This document shows, piece by piece, positions 35,935 through 46,019 of a stretch of DNA of 64,000 nt; the stretch's first letter is position 1, and each line of letters begins with the position of its first letter. Below the pieces are notes generated by a model, which worked only from the letters and a program-made list of their open reading frames with translations, had not been told where the DNA came from and did not search any database. The stretch is from a virus (Duplodnaviria > Caudoviricetes), in IMG/VR virus record IMGVR_UViG_3300025707_000006, positions 43,481 to 107,480 of that record; one strand, written 5' to 3'. The position numbers and the translations under genes were made by a program.

Positions 35935-38900
35935 ATGTCACAAAAGTATTTACCCTCTACAAGTAGAGATTTAGACCCCACAAATTATGCGTGGGACTCC
36001 ATTGTATATCAAGCTGGGAGACCCATGCTTGATAGTGAACTTAACCTCACCCAAGATATCCTCAATAAGAAAAACACCCTCCCAAGTGGAATGATTTCTT
36101 ATCAAGGTGAAGATGACTCTGTGGGTTCATTCGCATATGAAAAACCGTATGTTGAGGGTGTTCTAAACGGCAACTTCACTGCTAACACCTTCATCATTAA
36201 TCCGTTCAAAGCAATGGTAAATGGAATAGTGATTGATGTACGAAACACAAATGCTACCGATGGTACGAATAAAATCACCCTACCAGCACCAGATGCAGGG
36301 TCTGGGCCAGGTGATCGTGGGGATTTTGTTTTCCTTGAAGTATGGCGAAAAGATGTGACTCCTGCCATGCAGTCAAAGTCTAGGATTAAGTTACTTTCCC
36401 CCCAAGCTAATGACACATTCACCTTTAAAAAGGGTGGTGGAGCAAATGATGTAGTCCTCACTGTGGACACTACTTTTGCAATAGGGGCTTCTCTAGCTCA
36501 CACAGCTCGCAATATGGCTTCATACATAAATGATCATGGTGGGGCAGGGTTAGGACTCACTGTTGATGGTGTTACCACATTTGCCGAAACTAGAGGTACA
36601 GAGTTTGTATTCCTAAACCATAATGGTGGAGCTAGTGGGAACTATACTGGTGGAGCTAGCTTTACCTTAGCCTCTTCAGATGTTACAGGGATTGAAATCC
36701 AAATACAACCTTCTGGTGGTTCTGATGGTGACGGAAAGCCTTCTGCTACTACAGTTTATTATGCAGGGAATGTACTATCTGATATTTCAACGCACCTACC
36801 TGATGATATACAAGACCCAAATGTAAATGTATCTTCTACTCGAAGGATACAAGTTCAGTATCGTATCAGGACTCAACAAAATCTTAATCTTTCACATCAG
36901 ATTTTCGGGTTTGAAAATGGAATCCTCTACGCACAAGGGTCACAAGGTGCTCCTGTAAACACAAAATCTTTTAGTAAACATTCTACTGACACAGGTTTAT
37001 GGTATGCTGGAGATGGTTCAGAAGCCGATGCCACTGCATTAGGTACTGTTGATGGGTATGTTTACGCTATCCCTCTCTGTTATGTCTTTAGGAGACAATC
37101 TCCAGGTGGTGGAAACGCAGGATTCAATGCGAGTGGTTCATTCAACACAGGTGCATTACATGATCATGACGGAAACACCTTAGCGAGTAATGACTATGTG
37201 GATAATGTAGCAATTAAAGAATCTGATCGACCCGATGGGTTATTTGCAGATGAAGTCGCTCAAAGTGATGTACTTGATCTTAGACGCAGAGTTTACCCTA
37301 GAGGAATAGACTTCTCGGCAGAGCTTGAGTATCAATATCATACTCTACTCGATAATGAGAATCGGACATGGTTTGCTAAAGCACACTCTCTACAAAAAAC
37401 AGGGAATACTTCGGGAGGTGCAAGTTCTACCCCTCTAGTTTGTGATGTCTATGGTGGAGTTGCAAATTTAGAAGGTGAACATAGAAGAACCTTTGACCAT
37501 ATTGCTCGTAGGTGGTCAGACACACCTACAACTGAACGCATATATATCGTAGCCAAGCCCTTTACCACATTAACTCAACCCTCAACAGGTGTCACTGTAA
37601 CAAGAGGAAACAATACGACTACGGGGGACTATTGGTACGCAGGAGATAAAATCACAATAGACTTAACAAATCTTAAAGTCTCAAGTCACCTTCTTTGGGC
37701 GACCAATGGAAATCAGACCTTTGATCAAGAGGCTGACGATTTTGCACCAAAACTCTTAGATATAGGGTTCTGTTGGCATAACGATGGTCATTACACTAAC
37801 GCTATCGAACAACAAGTCAAGATATCAAGTGTTGATGGGTTAGGTTCTAATACAATCAACATCACCCTAGAGGAAAACCCTAACATCACAGCTAATGGGG
37901 GTATGTCGGCAGGGGCTGATTACGACCTTGTTGGGGATGATACCAATGGTGAGTCCACAGGGAGTAATAAAGAAATCTTCATCGAGTTAATCTTTGACTA
38001 TGCGTCTTTTGATCGAGGGTTGAGCGGGGTTGCTATTGATGTCCCTACACCAGATCCTTCGGGTTACCCAACAGGATCGGCTGTCCTCATTGAATCCGAT
38101 CCTGCATTTGCGTATGACCTTTACCCAGGTCAAGGGAATGGTAATGCACCCCCTATAAGTAATGTCATACCAAAGACAAAACAAGTGTCTCTTGAATATG
38201 TGTACGAACAACAATCTATAGATATCGTGTCTAATACCAAGCTCAGTGCTTATCTACCTTGGAGACTTTATTATAGATCAGGATTAGCTCCTGGGATAAC
38301 AGACAGTAGTGGTGTAGGTGCGACTATCTGTACTCTTGATAATGCAACCACAAAGTATCAACACGCTGAATCAAAGATAGGCTGGACTAACTCAGTGAAT
38401 GGTTGGGCTACAGGACAAAGGAAACTAACGATCTCAGCTTTCCCAATAGAACCTTACCCTGCGGATACAGTCACAGATAGTACTCTGTTAGTTTACTATA
38501 ACCGATCTGCACCTATGACTGCGGGTTCAGATTTCGCTATTCCAAATACCGTAGCAGTATCAAATATTGGTGTTGTACCCGATGAGTTGAACCTTCAACC
38601 TTTAGCCATAGGTAAAGAAGTTAGTGTCTTTCTCAAAACAAACGACCACTACCCATTCTTTAACCCCACAGATCAGTTAGGTACTCATCCTAACGCTTCT
38701 AATTATGCTGAGTATGAAACTCTCAGTAATCCTGATGTTTTCCTTGATGACTTAAAGATCAACACAGGGTCAGTTGTCCTACCCTCATTCGTACCTTTTG
38801 TATCCTCTGTGAACATCACTCTTGGAGATACAGGTCCAGGCCAACCTCCAGTTAAAGATGATTATAGTCGAGTGGTATACCCCACTATGGAGGACTCAAG

Positions 38901-39153
38901 TTATTTCCCATCAGCTTTCGCTAAGAATATGAGTGGATACCATAGTGCTTATAAAACAGCTATCCCATGTCTTATGAAGATTGTTGATGATACCCATACG
39001 CTCTATCGTAAGGGTGAAGTCGTGTTAGTTGTCTTTGTTAAAACGAATACTTGGGGTCAAGGGGTTTCTGTAGACATGAGATCTACCCTCGCTGATAACT
39101 ATGTAGTCGCTTGTGTTTATCGCACAAAAAACCAGCTTTTGCTCGGAGAATAA
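35935..39153 (+). CDS. large baseplate/tail protein (DUF4815-like N-terminus)
   Basis: VYQAGRPMLDSELNLTQD, DFVFLEVW, RIQVQYR and RPDGLFAD motifs. Confidence 0.65.
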   Translation: MSQKYLPSTSRDLDPTNYAWDSIVYQAGRPMLDSELNLTQDILNKKNTLPSGMISYQGEDDSVGSFAYEKPYVEGVLNGNFTANTFIINPFKAMVNGIVIDVRNTNATDGTNKITLPAPDAGSGPGDRGDFVFLEVWRKDVTPAMQSKSRIKLLSPQANDTFTFKKGGGANDVVLTVDTTFAIGASLAHTARNMASYINDHGGAGLGLTVDGVTTFAETRGTEFVFLNHNGGASGNYTGGASFTLASSDVTGIEIQIQPSGGSDGDGKPSATTVYYAGNVLSDISTHLPDDIQDPNVNVSSTRRIQVQYRIRTQQNLNLSHQIFGFENGILYAQGSQGAPVNTKSFSKHSTDTGLWYAGDGSEADATALGTVDGYVYAIPLCYVFRRQSPGGGNAGFNASGSFNTGALHDHDGNTLASNDYVDNVAIKESDRPDGLFADEVAQSDVLDLRRRVYPRGIDFSAELEYQYHTLLDNENRTWFAKAHSLQKTGNTSGGASSTPLVCDVYGGVANLEGEHRRTFDHIARRWSDTPTTERIYIVAKPFTTLTQPSTGVTVTRGNNTTTGDYWYAGDKITIDLTNLKVSSHLLWATNGNQTFDQEADDFAPKLLDIGFCWHNDGHYTNAIEQQVKISSVDGLGSNTINITLEENPNITANGGMSAGADYDLVGDDTNGESTGSNKEIFIELIFDYASFDRGLSGVAIDVPTPDPSGYPTGSAVLIESDPAFAYDLYPGQGNGNAPPISNVIPKTKQVSLEYVYEQQSIDIVSNTKLSAYLPWRLYYRSGLAPGITDSSGVGATICTLDNATTKYQHAESKIGWTNSVNGWATGQRKLTISAFPIEPYPADTVTDSTLLVYYNRSAPMTAGSDFAIPNTVAVSNIGVVPDELNLQPLAIGKEVSVFLKTNDHYPFFNPTDQLGTHPNASNYAEYETLSNPDVFLDDLKINTGSVVLPSFVPFVSSVNITLGDTGPGQPPVKDDYSRVVYPTMEDSSYFPSAFAKNMSGYHSAYKTAIPCLMKIVDDTHTLYRKGEVVLVVFVKTNTWGQGVSVDMRSTLADNYVVACVYRTKNQLLLGE

Positions 39154-39154
39154 A

Positions 39155-42100
39155 ATGCCAAAGAAATCCATAGAGAAAAATAGAGTCGTTATCTCATCAG
39201 GTCAAGGTACTGATGGGTCTAGTAATGACATCACCATCATTAGTGGCTTAGATGTAAGCGTTACTGCTTCAGATGTGATCTCATCAAATGATTTAGGTGG
39301 GTATCTTGGCAATAATGTACAAATAAATCTTGATGACTTGACCTCTGATGCACGAGAGGGGCAACCCCCAAAGATTGGATATGAAGCGATCACATTTAGT
39401 AATGGTGAGACAACCACCACACATGAGGGTCGCCCCGATTGGGGACAAGCAAAAATTGTAGACACTCCACCTTGGACTGCGAAGCAACCAAGAAAAAAAT
39501 GGACTGCTCAATATGAGATGCCACATTATGGTGTAGGCAAGAAAACAGACGAAGCAAACACCCCTAGTGACAACCTGTTCCCTAAGTATGTTAATGATAG
39601 CGGAGCATATGACACAATCAATCTAAACTACAGAGATAATAGTGATAATAGTTACTATGGACTAGCTCTTTATAATGATTTCCCCTTTCTTGTGGATGCT
39701 CCTCAGTTCACACAAAGCAACTACCCACACATTGCACAATCAGTTCCAAGATCTGCCTTCCAAACTAATCTCCAAGACAATTTAAGATTCCCATTTTTAT
39801 ATCAAAAACCGTTCATCGCAGAAGAGAACAACAGAGATTTTTTCAATACCTCTGACTATAAGTTAGGGTTTAATGCTGGTGAAGGAACTTCATCTTTAGG
39901 TGTTAAAAACGGTCAAGCCTCAATAAGTCTCTCTTCGCCTTTTAGCACTGAACTATTTGACCCTAGAAAATCTCATGAAGCATTAGATGCCACAGATGCA
40001 AATAGCCCACCCTTTGATGTAGGGTTAATTGTTTCTGGTCTTTTATTCCCTGCCGATAGAGGTGTTCTTGCACTCATCAGATTTCCTTCTGATGATAACA
40101 ATGTGGCACAGGGGTTCAACAATCCTGCTACCACTGTGGACATCATTGAAAATAGAGTTTTAGCGGCCATAAATCTCGGTGTTGGTGCAGGAGTCAACGA
40201 TGGTGCTTCGGGTGGAGTCATCTTCAATAACTCTGATAACAATACCTTCCCTTCAAGAGTTACAGGACAATACGATCTGTATGAGCTACACACAGGGAAC
40301 TATGTACCGAACTCTACTAGAATTGGGGCTAATGGGGATTTAACTGCTGACCCAAGCATAGGGAAAGTAAGACTGCTTACTAATATAGATGCGTTTTACC
40401 CTTCAAGTGGGTCTTCTGTTAGACCTGGTGGTATTCCCGTTCTGTTTTCTCCTTATGAGAAACATAACACAAGTATATCTGCGGATACCATTTCATTTAA
40501 CTCATTCTACTCCGAAAGTGACCCCATAAGTGATCTAAAAGCTTATGCTATAGATGACGCGGGTGTTTATTATGACTGCACAATCAACACCCAAGGGAGT
40601 CAAATAGAGGTTAATAACCCAGCAGGAATCACAGACCCTACAACATTTTATGCTCATGTCTTAAAGCAAAATCGTAGCTTCTTATCTTACAGACTCCCCG
40701 CCTTAAAAGATTACTCGTCAGAAGGAATCACTACTCCATTTGCTGAACGAGATCGCTTCTTCGTTAAAAACACACCTAATGAAGATGAGTTTAAAGCAGA
40801 TTACAAATCTATCTTTGACACAGCAGGTGGATACATCACATTCGGTGAAGAAGATAACTATTCATATCAAGTTGCACGATACAGGCAAGTGGTAAGGTTA
40901 GTGCAAGATTATATTAAAACTCTTTCTCAAGGGGAATCCACCACAGACGATGAACCCGAATATAACTTTGGATCATTTGCTCTGATACACTTTAAAACTG
41001 AAAAAGCATTTGAATCTCTTGTTCGTGATGGTATCGCACCTAGTGATGATGAAGTGTACAGTAGAAACCTACTCGATTATTCCAACCTCAATAATAACTT
41101 AGGGTCTTCCTTAAGCACTGTTGGTGGTGATGGGTTAGAAGATGGAGTGGACTCTTTCACACCAAGTCCTTCAATGTCTATCTTTAGACCTAATGTTAAC
41201 TTTGAAAAAAGACTTGATGGATACCCTCAAGACTTAGTGATCAAAACAAAAGCACAGGCATGGGGTTTATACCCCAGCGTTCAAGCAAATGAGTTGAGGG
41301 CAAACGATACTTACTTCATGTGGACATCGGGTGTTATTTATGTCAATCCAACCACTTGGAGAGCCTATAAAGGACACCCTAGTGATAAAGGTGGTGCGTC
41401 TGCTACTCATTCTACTGACACACAACACTCAAGACTACAGACTATCATTGAAATCACGCAGAAGTCTGTACAAGGAGATGACCACATTTCGGAGTTTGAT
41501 CAAGTTAAACCAACAATCTCTAAACCATTCCACACAGTTAGACCCACAGCTCAAATACTAACAAGTGAGCTATCCGCTTCGGATAACCTTTTTGCGGGTA
41601 AATATGAAAGGTTATCTAATAACGCTCTAACTGAATATGAGACAATACCAAAACATCAACAAGTTTGGGTTACAACTAGTGGTCTCGGTGGAAACCTTGC
41701 AGGTAACATCACAGTCATACCTAAAGGTGATGCAGGTGAGGCTCTCGATGATCTTTCTTTATACAACCCTAAAGATGGTCTTTGTTCTTTCACAACCGTT
41801 GGATTAAGACCTTCGGTGATGATTAATAAACCTCACAGGCAGTTTAATAACTTAGGTGTTGAGTACATTAAAGATAACATCAACGATAACAGCAGTTCCA
41901 CCATCAAGAAACTTCTCTATCACTCTGCAAGAAAGATCTCATTACTAGAACTATATGGTGAGAAGTTAAGCCCTAATGGAAAACTCATAAAAGATGAGTC
42001 CTCCATCTCAAGCATTAACAATATTTATACAGGGATTGACCTTACTAAAAATCGTGTCGGTGAAGACTATCGCTCAAATAATAACTTTGCCTATGGTTAT

Positions 42101-45100
42101 ATTTGGGCTGATTGGGAAAATACTAATGTAGGGACTCAAACTTATACCCCAAGGTCATCTGGACAAGCGTTCTCTATTTATAGGTATGATGTAGAAGGGT
42201 ATAAAGTTTATCAAGAACTTGAGCTACTACCCATAGGTGGTGATGTTGTAAATGGTTACGCTTTAGAGTTATGCACAGGTTGGGATTGGGTAAAGAACAG
42301 TGATGATTCTGACGCAGGTGTTGGGTTATCTTTTAAGTATTCTCGATATGTACCTGTTTATCGCCCTGTAGAACCAAACCACACAAGAACAACACTTGAG
42401 ACTCATGCCGATGCAAAGTTCCTCGTAATCAAAGGTGTTGACTACTATGTGGAAATGCACCCTTCAATCCCTTATAATTGGAATACAAACACGAACCCCG
42501 CAGTAGGCGGACACGACCCGACAAACTTCATAAACTACACAGAGCCTAAAAATTCTATTGGAGATTTAGGTGGGGACGCTACTTCTGATTTGAGTCTGAT
42601 CTTTAGCCCAAGTCTGACAGATAAAACCACAGCCGCTACTGCATTAACTTCTTTGTACGACTTTATGGGTACTACAACAAATAATCATGGTGAATATGTA
42701 GGGCATGGGGTGTCTCCCATTGACGCGGCCTCAGCTAACGCTATTGTAAACCCTACAGTTGGGAACACATATCACTTAGCTAAACTATCTCTTAGTTCAC
42801 TCGCAGTATTCTCCATTACAACAAACCCTCAACACCCTCACCCTACGACAAGCGTAAGGGTGGACACTGGTGGGTTTGTCGCAGGTACTAGAGAGTTTGG
42901 TGATGTTATTGTTGAAGCGATACCTACAGGGCGTAGACAACTTCCAGAGTATGGAAACTATACGATGGATATTAGAGGGTATATCACCGTTAGTGGTATG
43001 GGGAATACTAGTGTTTTCATTTCGGATCAACTACAAGCAGTATCTACTATCTCAAGACTCCCTCTTGTTTCTCTTTTCACACCTAGAAAAGACACCCAAG
43101 AACGCTTCTTAGACGAATCTTATCGCATAGAACATAGCCTCGCTCACCTTTTCTTCATACAGGGCAATGACCCTGATTTTAACTATCAATTTGGCAACCA
43201 TCAAGACACTAGTGGTGTCACTCCAATCACAGGGAATACCGAGTTAAGAGATAACTTAATCGGCCCAGGCATCCCTAACTTCGGATCGGGTTATAATGGA
43301 GGCTATATTTCATTCCCTGTGAGAGATGAGTCAAATGTTTCTCCAGAAGGTTGGTTAGCTAACACAACTAACTTAAGATTGTATAGCTTTCATGGGTTCG
43401 CAGGATACTTACGAAACAGTTTACACATGAGAAGGATACAAATCACAAGCCCTCTTATTTTCTCTGACTGGTTAGAAGCACAAGTGAGTGGATTCCCTAA
43501 CATGACGAGAAATCACTTGTCGGGAGCTAAATATGGAACGCCTCCAAGAGGTGTCTTAATTTACCCTTATCAAGACTTTGATGGTAACACGATAAGTGCT
43601 TTTGGATATAACCTCAGTAATAGTGGTCAAGCCACAGTCAATCCTCTTGTTGATTCGGAGTCGGGATTCTATCTACCTAACTCTAATGCAGGTCTTTCGG
43701 CTTATGACGATGTAGCTAACAACATCGCAGGGAACTATGGCAATAATGGAACATGGCTTGATGACGATGCAGGAGGTGTGGGAGTTTCTACTGACCCTAT
43801 CCTAAGACACGCACAACCCACCTATTCTGGAGGTGGTTTTGTGGCATCTAATGATTCTCCCGATGTGGGCTACTTGAGAGCCTTCGATCTAAACTTTGGA
43901 AAGAGCGTAGAACGATCTCCCCACCTCCCTTATTGGGATACAGATTGGACAGAAACAACTGCAAGTGGAGAAGAAAAAGATCGACTCTCCACAAGTGCTA
44001 CACCTAAAGGTTTGATAGAATCAAAGGAATGGGAGAGAGTTAAGGGTGATGAATTTGCACCCATTAAGTTAAGGCTAGTAGGTGTTGATTGGGATATGAT
44101 CTCTTATGTCGATCCTCAGTTCCCAAATGCTAGAAGAGATGGCACAGTTTATACGATTGACAATAAACAACACCTCATGCGTAAGAGGGTCATGAGAGTC
44201 TTTGTAAAAGTACCAGGTCTAACCACATGGCTTGATGTTGGTGTAATGAACGGAGAAGTCGGTGAGTCTTATGTGCAGTATGCAGGAGACCCCACAGGCA
44301 CATTCGGTGTGATGAGTGAAGGGGGTGCAACCTCTGACAAAACACACCCAAGTCTTGATGGTGCAGGGTGTTGTGTTTCATACAAAGAAACATTCCTTGT
44401 TGAAGAAGGATTAGTCGCTCTTGACCTTGAACTTGATGTTGGTTTTGTACCTGCTTTTATGAGCGTAGGTGATGATACAGTATCTACTGACACCATAGCT
44501 TCTTCGGATAACTTCTTAGGGCAAGAAAAAGTTATTTATGTGAATAACTCTGACAAATTCTTTAGTGCGAGTAAATCTGATGACCTCGCTTATGGTAAAG
44601 GTGGCACAGAAGCACCTATCCTTGTCAAAGTTATCTTAGGTAATCCCGATTTCCCTAAGTATGAAGTCCACCCTGAAAATGCATTTGCTCTTGTAAATCG
44701 AGATGACTTAGCAGACCAAACAACTTTAATCGCTAATGTGTACGGAGGTGTGGGTACTAACGCTATATACGATATATGGCCTTCACCTAATAAGTCTTAT
44801 CGAGGTCATTCATTCCCACCCGATGATCGTGCTCCAACATGGTCGAGAAGAGGGCTGATGGGTATTGAAGTTCTTAGACCAGATGGATCAAACTTTGATC
44901 ATGACCTTGTAGTTGACAGACCTGACTTTGCAGATTTGTCCTTGTTTGGATCGCTAAAAGCAACCAAATCAGGAACTAGTGAAGATGATAGATCACATTA
45001 TATGGTTTATCGACAAGTTAGTCATTCGGCATCAGGGTATTTAAGAGGGGATACTGCATTAGAAGGTACGATAAAAACAAACAAACAAACATATACCTTT

Positions 45101-45172
45101 GATGATGACCTATTAGATGAGGGAGTCGATTATGAGGAGAAGTACTCTTTATCTAAAAAAGGGGAAGGGTGA
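39155..45172 (+). CDS. very large virion structural protein (~2005 aa)
   Basis: GGAG SD; G/S/T/N/D-rich; inside the tail operon. Confidence 0.7.
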   Translation: MPKKSIEKNRVVISSGQGTDGSSNDITIISGLDVSVTASDVISSNDLGGYLGNNVQINLDDLTSDAREGQPPKIGYEAITFSNGETTTTHEGRPDWGQAKIVDTPPWTAKQPRKKWTAQYEMPHYGVGKKTDEANTPSDNLFPKYVNDSGAYDTINLNYRDNSDNSYYGLALYNDFPFLVDAPQFTQSNYPHIAQSVPRSAFQTNLQDNLRFPFLYQKPFIAEENNRDFFNTSDYKLGFNAGEGTSSLGVKNGQASISLSSPFSTELFDPRKSHEALDATDANSPPFDVGLIVSGLLFPADRGVLALIRFPSDDNNVAQGFNNPATTVDIIENRVLAAINLGVGAGVNDGASGGVIFNNSDNNTFPSRVTGQYDLYELHTGNYVPNSTRIGANGDLTADPSIGKVRLLTNIDAFYPSSGSSVRPGGIPVLFSPYEKHNTSISADTISFNSFYSESDPISDLKAYAIDDAGVYYDCTINTQGSQIEVNNPAGITDPTTFYAHVLKQNRSFLSYRLPALKDYSSEGITTPFAERDRFFVKNTPNEDEFKADYKSIFDTAGGYITFGEEDNYSYQVARYRQVVRLVQDYIKTLSQGESTTDDEPEYNFGSFALIHFKTEKAFESLVRDGIAPSDDEVYSRNLLDYSNLNNNLGSSLSTVGGDGLEDGVDSFTPSPSMSIFRPNVNFEKRLDGYPQDLVIKTKAQAWGLYPSVQANELRANDTYFMWTSGVIYVNPTTWRAYKGHPSDKGGASATHSTDTQHSRLQTIIEITQKSVQGDDHISEFDQVKPTISKPFHTVRPTAQILTSELSASDNLFAGKYERLSNNALTEYETIPKHQQVWVTTSGLGGNLAGNITVIPKGDAGEALDDLSLYNPKDGLCSFTTVGLRPSVMINKPHRQFNNLGVEYIKDNINDNSSSTIKKLLYHSARKISLLELYGEKLSPNGKLIKDESSISSINNIYTGIDLTKNRVGEDYRSNNNFAYGYIWADWENTNVGTQTYTPRSSGQAFSIYRYDVEGYKVYQELELLPIGGDVVNGYALELCTGWDWVKNSDDSDAGVGLSFKYSRYVPVYRPVEPNHTRTTLETHADAKFLVIKGVDYYVEMHPSIPYNWNTNTNPAVGGHDPTNFINYTEPKNSIGDLGGDATSDLSLIFSPSLTDKTTAATALTSLYDFMGTTTNNHGEYVGHGVSPIDAASANAIVNPTVGNTYHLAKLSLSSLAVFSITTNPQHPHPTTSVRVDTGGFVAGTREFGDVIVEAIPTGRRQLPEYGNYTMDIRGYITVSGMGNTSVFISDQLQAVSTISRLPLVSLFTPRKDTQERFLDESYRIEHSLAHLFFIQGNDPDFNYQFGNHQDTSGVTPITGNTELRDNLIGPGIPNFGSGYNGGYISFPVRDESNVSPEGWLANTTNLRLYSFHGFAGYLRNSLHMRRIQITSPLIFSDWLEAQVSGFPNMTRNHLSGAKYGTPPRGVLIYPYQDFDGNTISAFGYNLSNSGQATVNPLVDSESGFYLPNSNAGLSAYDDVANNIAGNYGNNGTWLDDDAGGVGVSTDPILRHAQPTYSGGGFVASNDSPDVGYLRAFDLNFGKSVERSPHLPYWDTDWTETTASGEEKDRLSTSATPKGLIESKEWERVKGDEFAPIKLRLVGVDWDMISYVDPQFPNARRDGTVYTIDNKQHLMRKRVMRVFVKVPGLTTWLDVGVMNGEVGESYVQYAGDPTGTFGVMSEGGATSDKTHPSLDGAGCCVSYKETFLVEEGLVALDLELDVGFVPAFMSVGDDTVSTDTIASSDNFLGQEKVIYVNNSDKFFSASKSDDLAYGKGGTEAPILVKVILGNPDFPKYEVHPENAFALVNRDDLADQTTLIANVYGGVGTNAIYDIWPSPNKSYRGHSFPPDDRAPTWSRRGLMGIEVLRPDGSNFDHDLVVDRPDFADLSLFGSLKATKSGTSEDDRSHYMVYRQVSHSASGYLRGDTALEGTIKTNKQTYTFDDDLLDEGVDYEEKYSLSKKGEG

Positions 45173-45177
45173 TTTAG

Positions 45178-45999
45178 ATGCCAGCTATATTTGAAAGAAT
45201 AAATGATAACCTCGTTGAAGTTATCCCGAAGTATTCGGACTCTATGCCTATGTCTGGGAAATATGTAATAGACTTCCCAGACCACTTTGACTTGAAACTC
45301 ACTACAGCCAAACCTAGTCGGGCAGATGTGATCACTAAAGTAGACGAGCTAATGAAAGAGAAGTTCGTTTCATTCGATTATTTCAGCACAAACAACTTTA
45401 TAGTGGATACAGAGTTCACGAACGCTTTTGAGGTTACCCCTAATTTGTCTGTCTCTTTTGTTGACAAGCAGTTTTTACCTGTACACCCTTCAAGCAACCC
45501 AGAATATACCTTCAAAAACTCCTTTAAAAGCGGAACACAACCTAACACGATTCAAGTAATGGGTAGATTCCCTCAACAAAACCATATCGAAGGTGCTTCT
45601 ATCACATCAAACAAGGCACTTTCTGGAAACAGATGTATCATCACAAAAGATATTGATATCTCTGGGAATACAAATGACCAACTGGGCAGAAACGATTTCT
45701 TCGTGTACTTTCGCAGTGTCTTAAAATCTTACACTAAAGACTCATCTCTTTCTGATGTGGATCGTGGGGTTGTTTCTCCACAGACTTCTAATCAAGAAGG
45801 ATTCATGAGTTACACTGAGACTCAATACGATTCCACAAATCGTCTTAGATGTTTTATATCTAGTGATGGGAGTACCTACTCGGAAATTGAAAACCTTAAA
45901 GTTTTCTCATTCCCACAAAAGGTAGACACTATCAAACTCGCCTTTGTGAACTACACAGACGCAGACCTCACATTACTCTCATACACTTTGATGTACTGA
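45178..45999 (+). CDS. virion structural protein
   Basis: Coupled within the tail operon. Confidence 0.6.
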   Translation: MPAIFERINDNLVEVIPKYSDSMPMSGKYVIDFPDHFDLKLTTAKPSRADVITKVDELMKEKFVSFDYFSTNNFIVDTEFTNAFEVTPNLSVSFVDKQFLPVHPSSNPEYTFKNSFKSGTQPNTIQVMGRFPQQNHIEGASITSNKALSGNRCIITKDIDISGNTNDQLGRNDFFVYFRSVLKSYTKDSSLSDVDRGVVSPQTSNQEGFMSYTETQYDSTNRLRCFISSDGSTYSEIENLKVFSFPQKVDTIKLAFVNYTDADLTLLSYTLMY

Positions 46000-46019
46000 A
46001 ACCATAAAGGATTATAGTC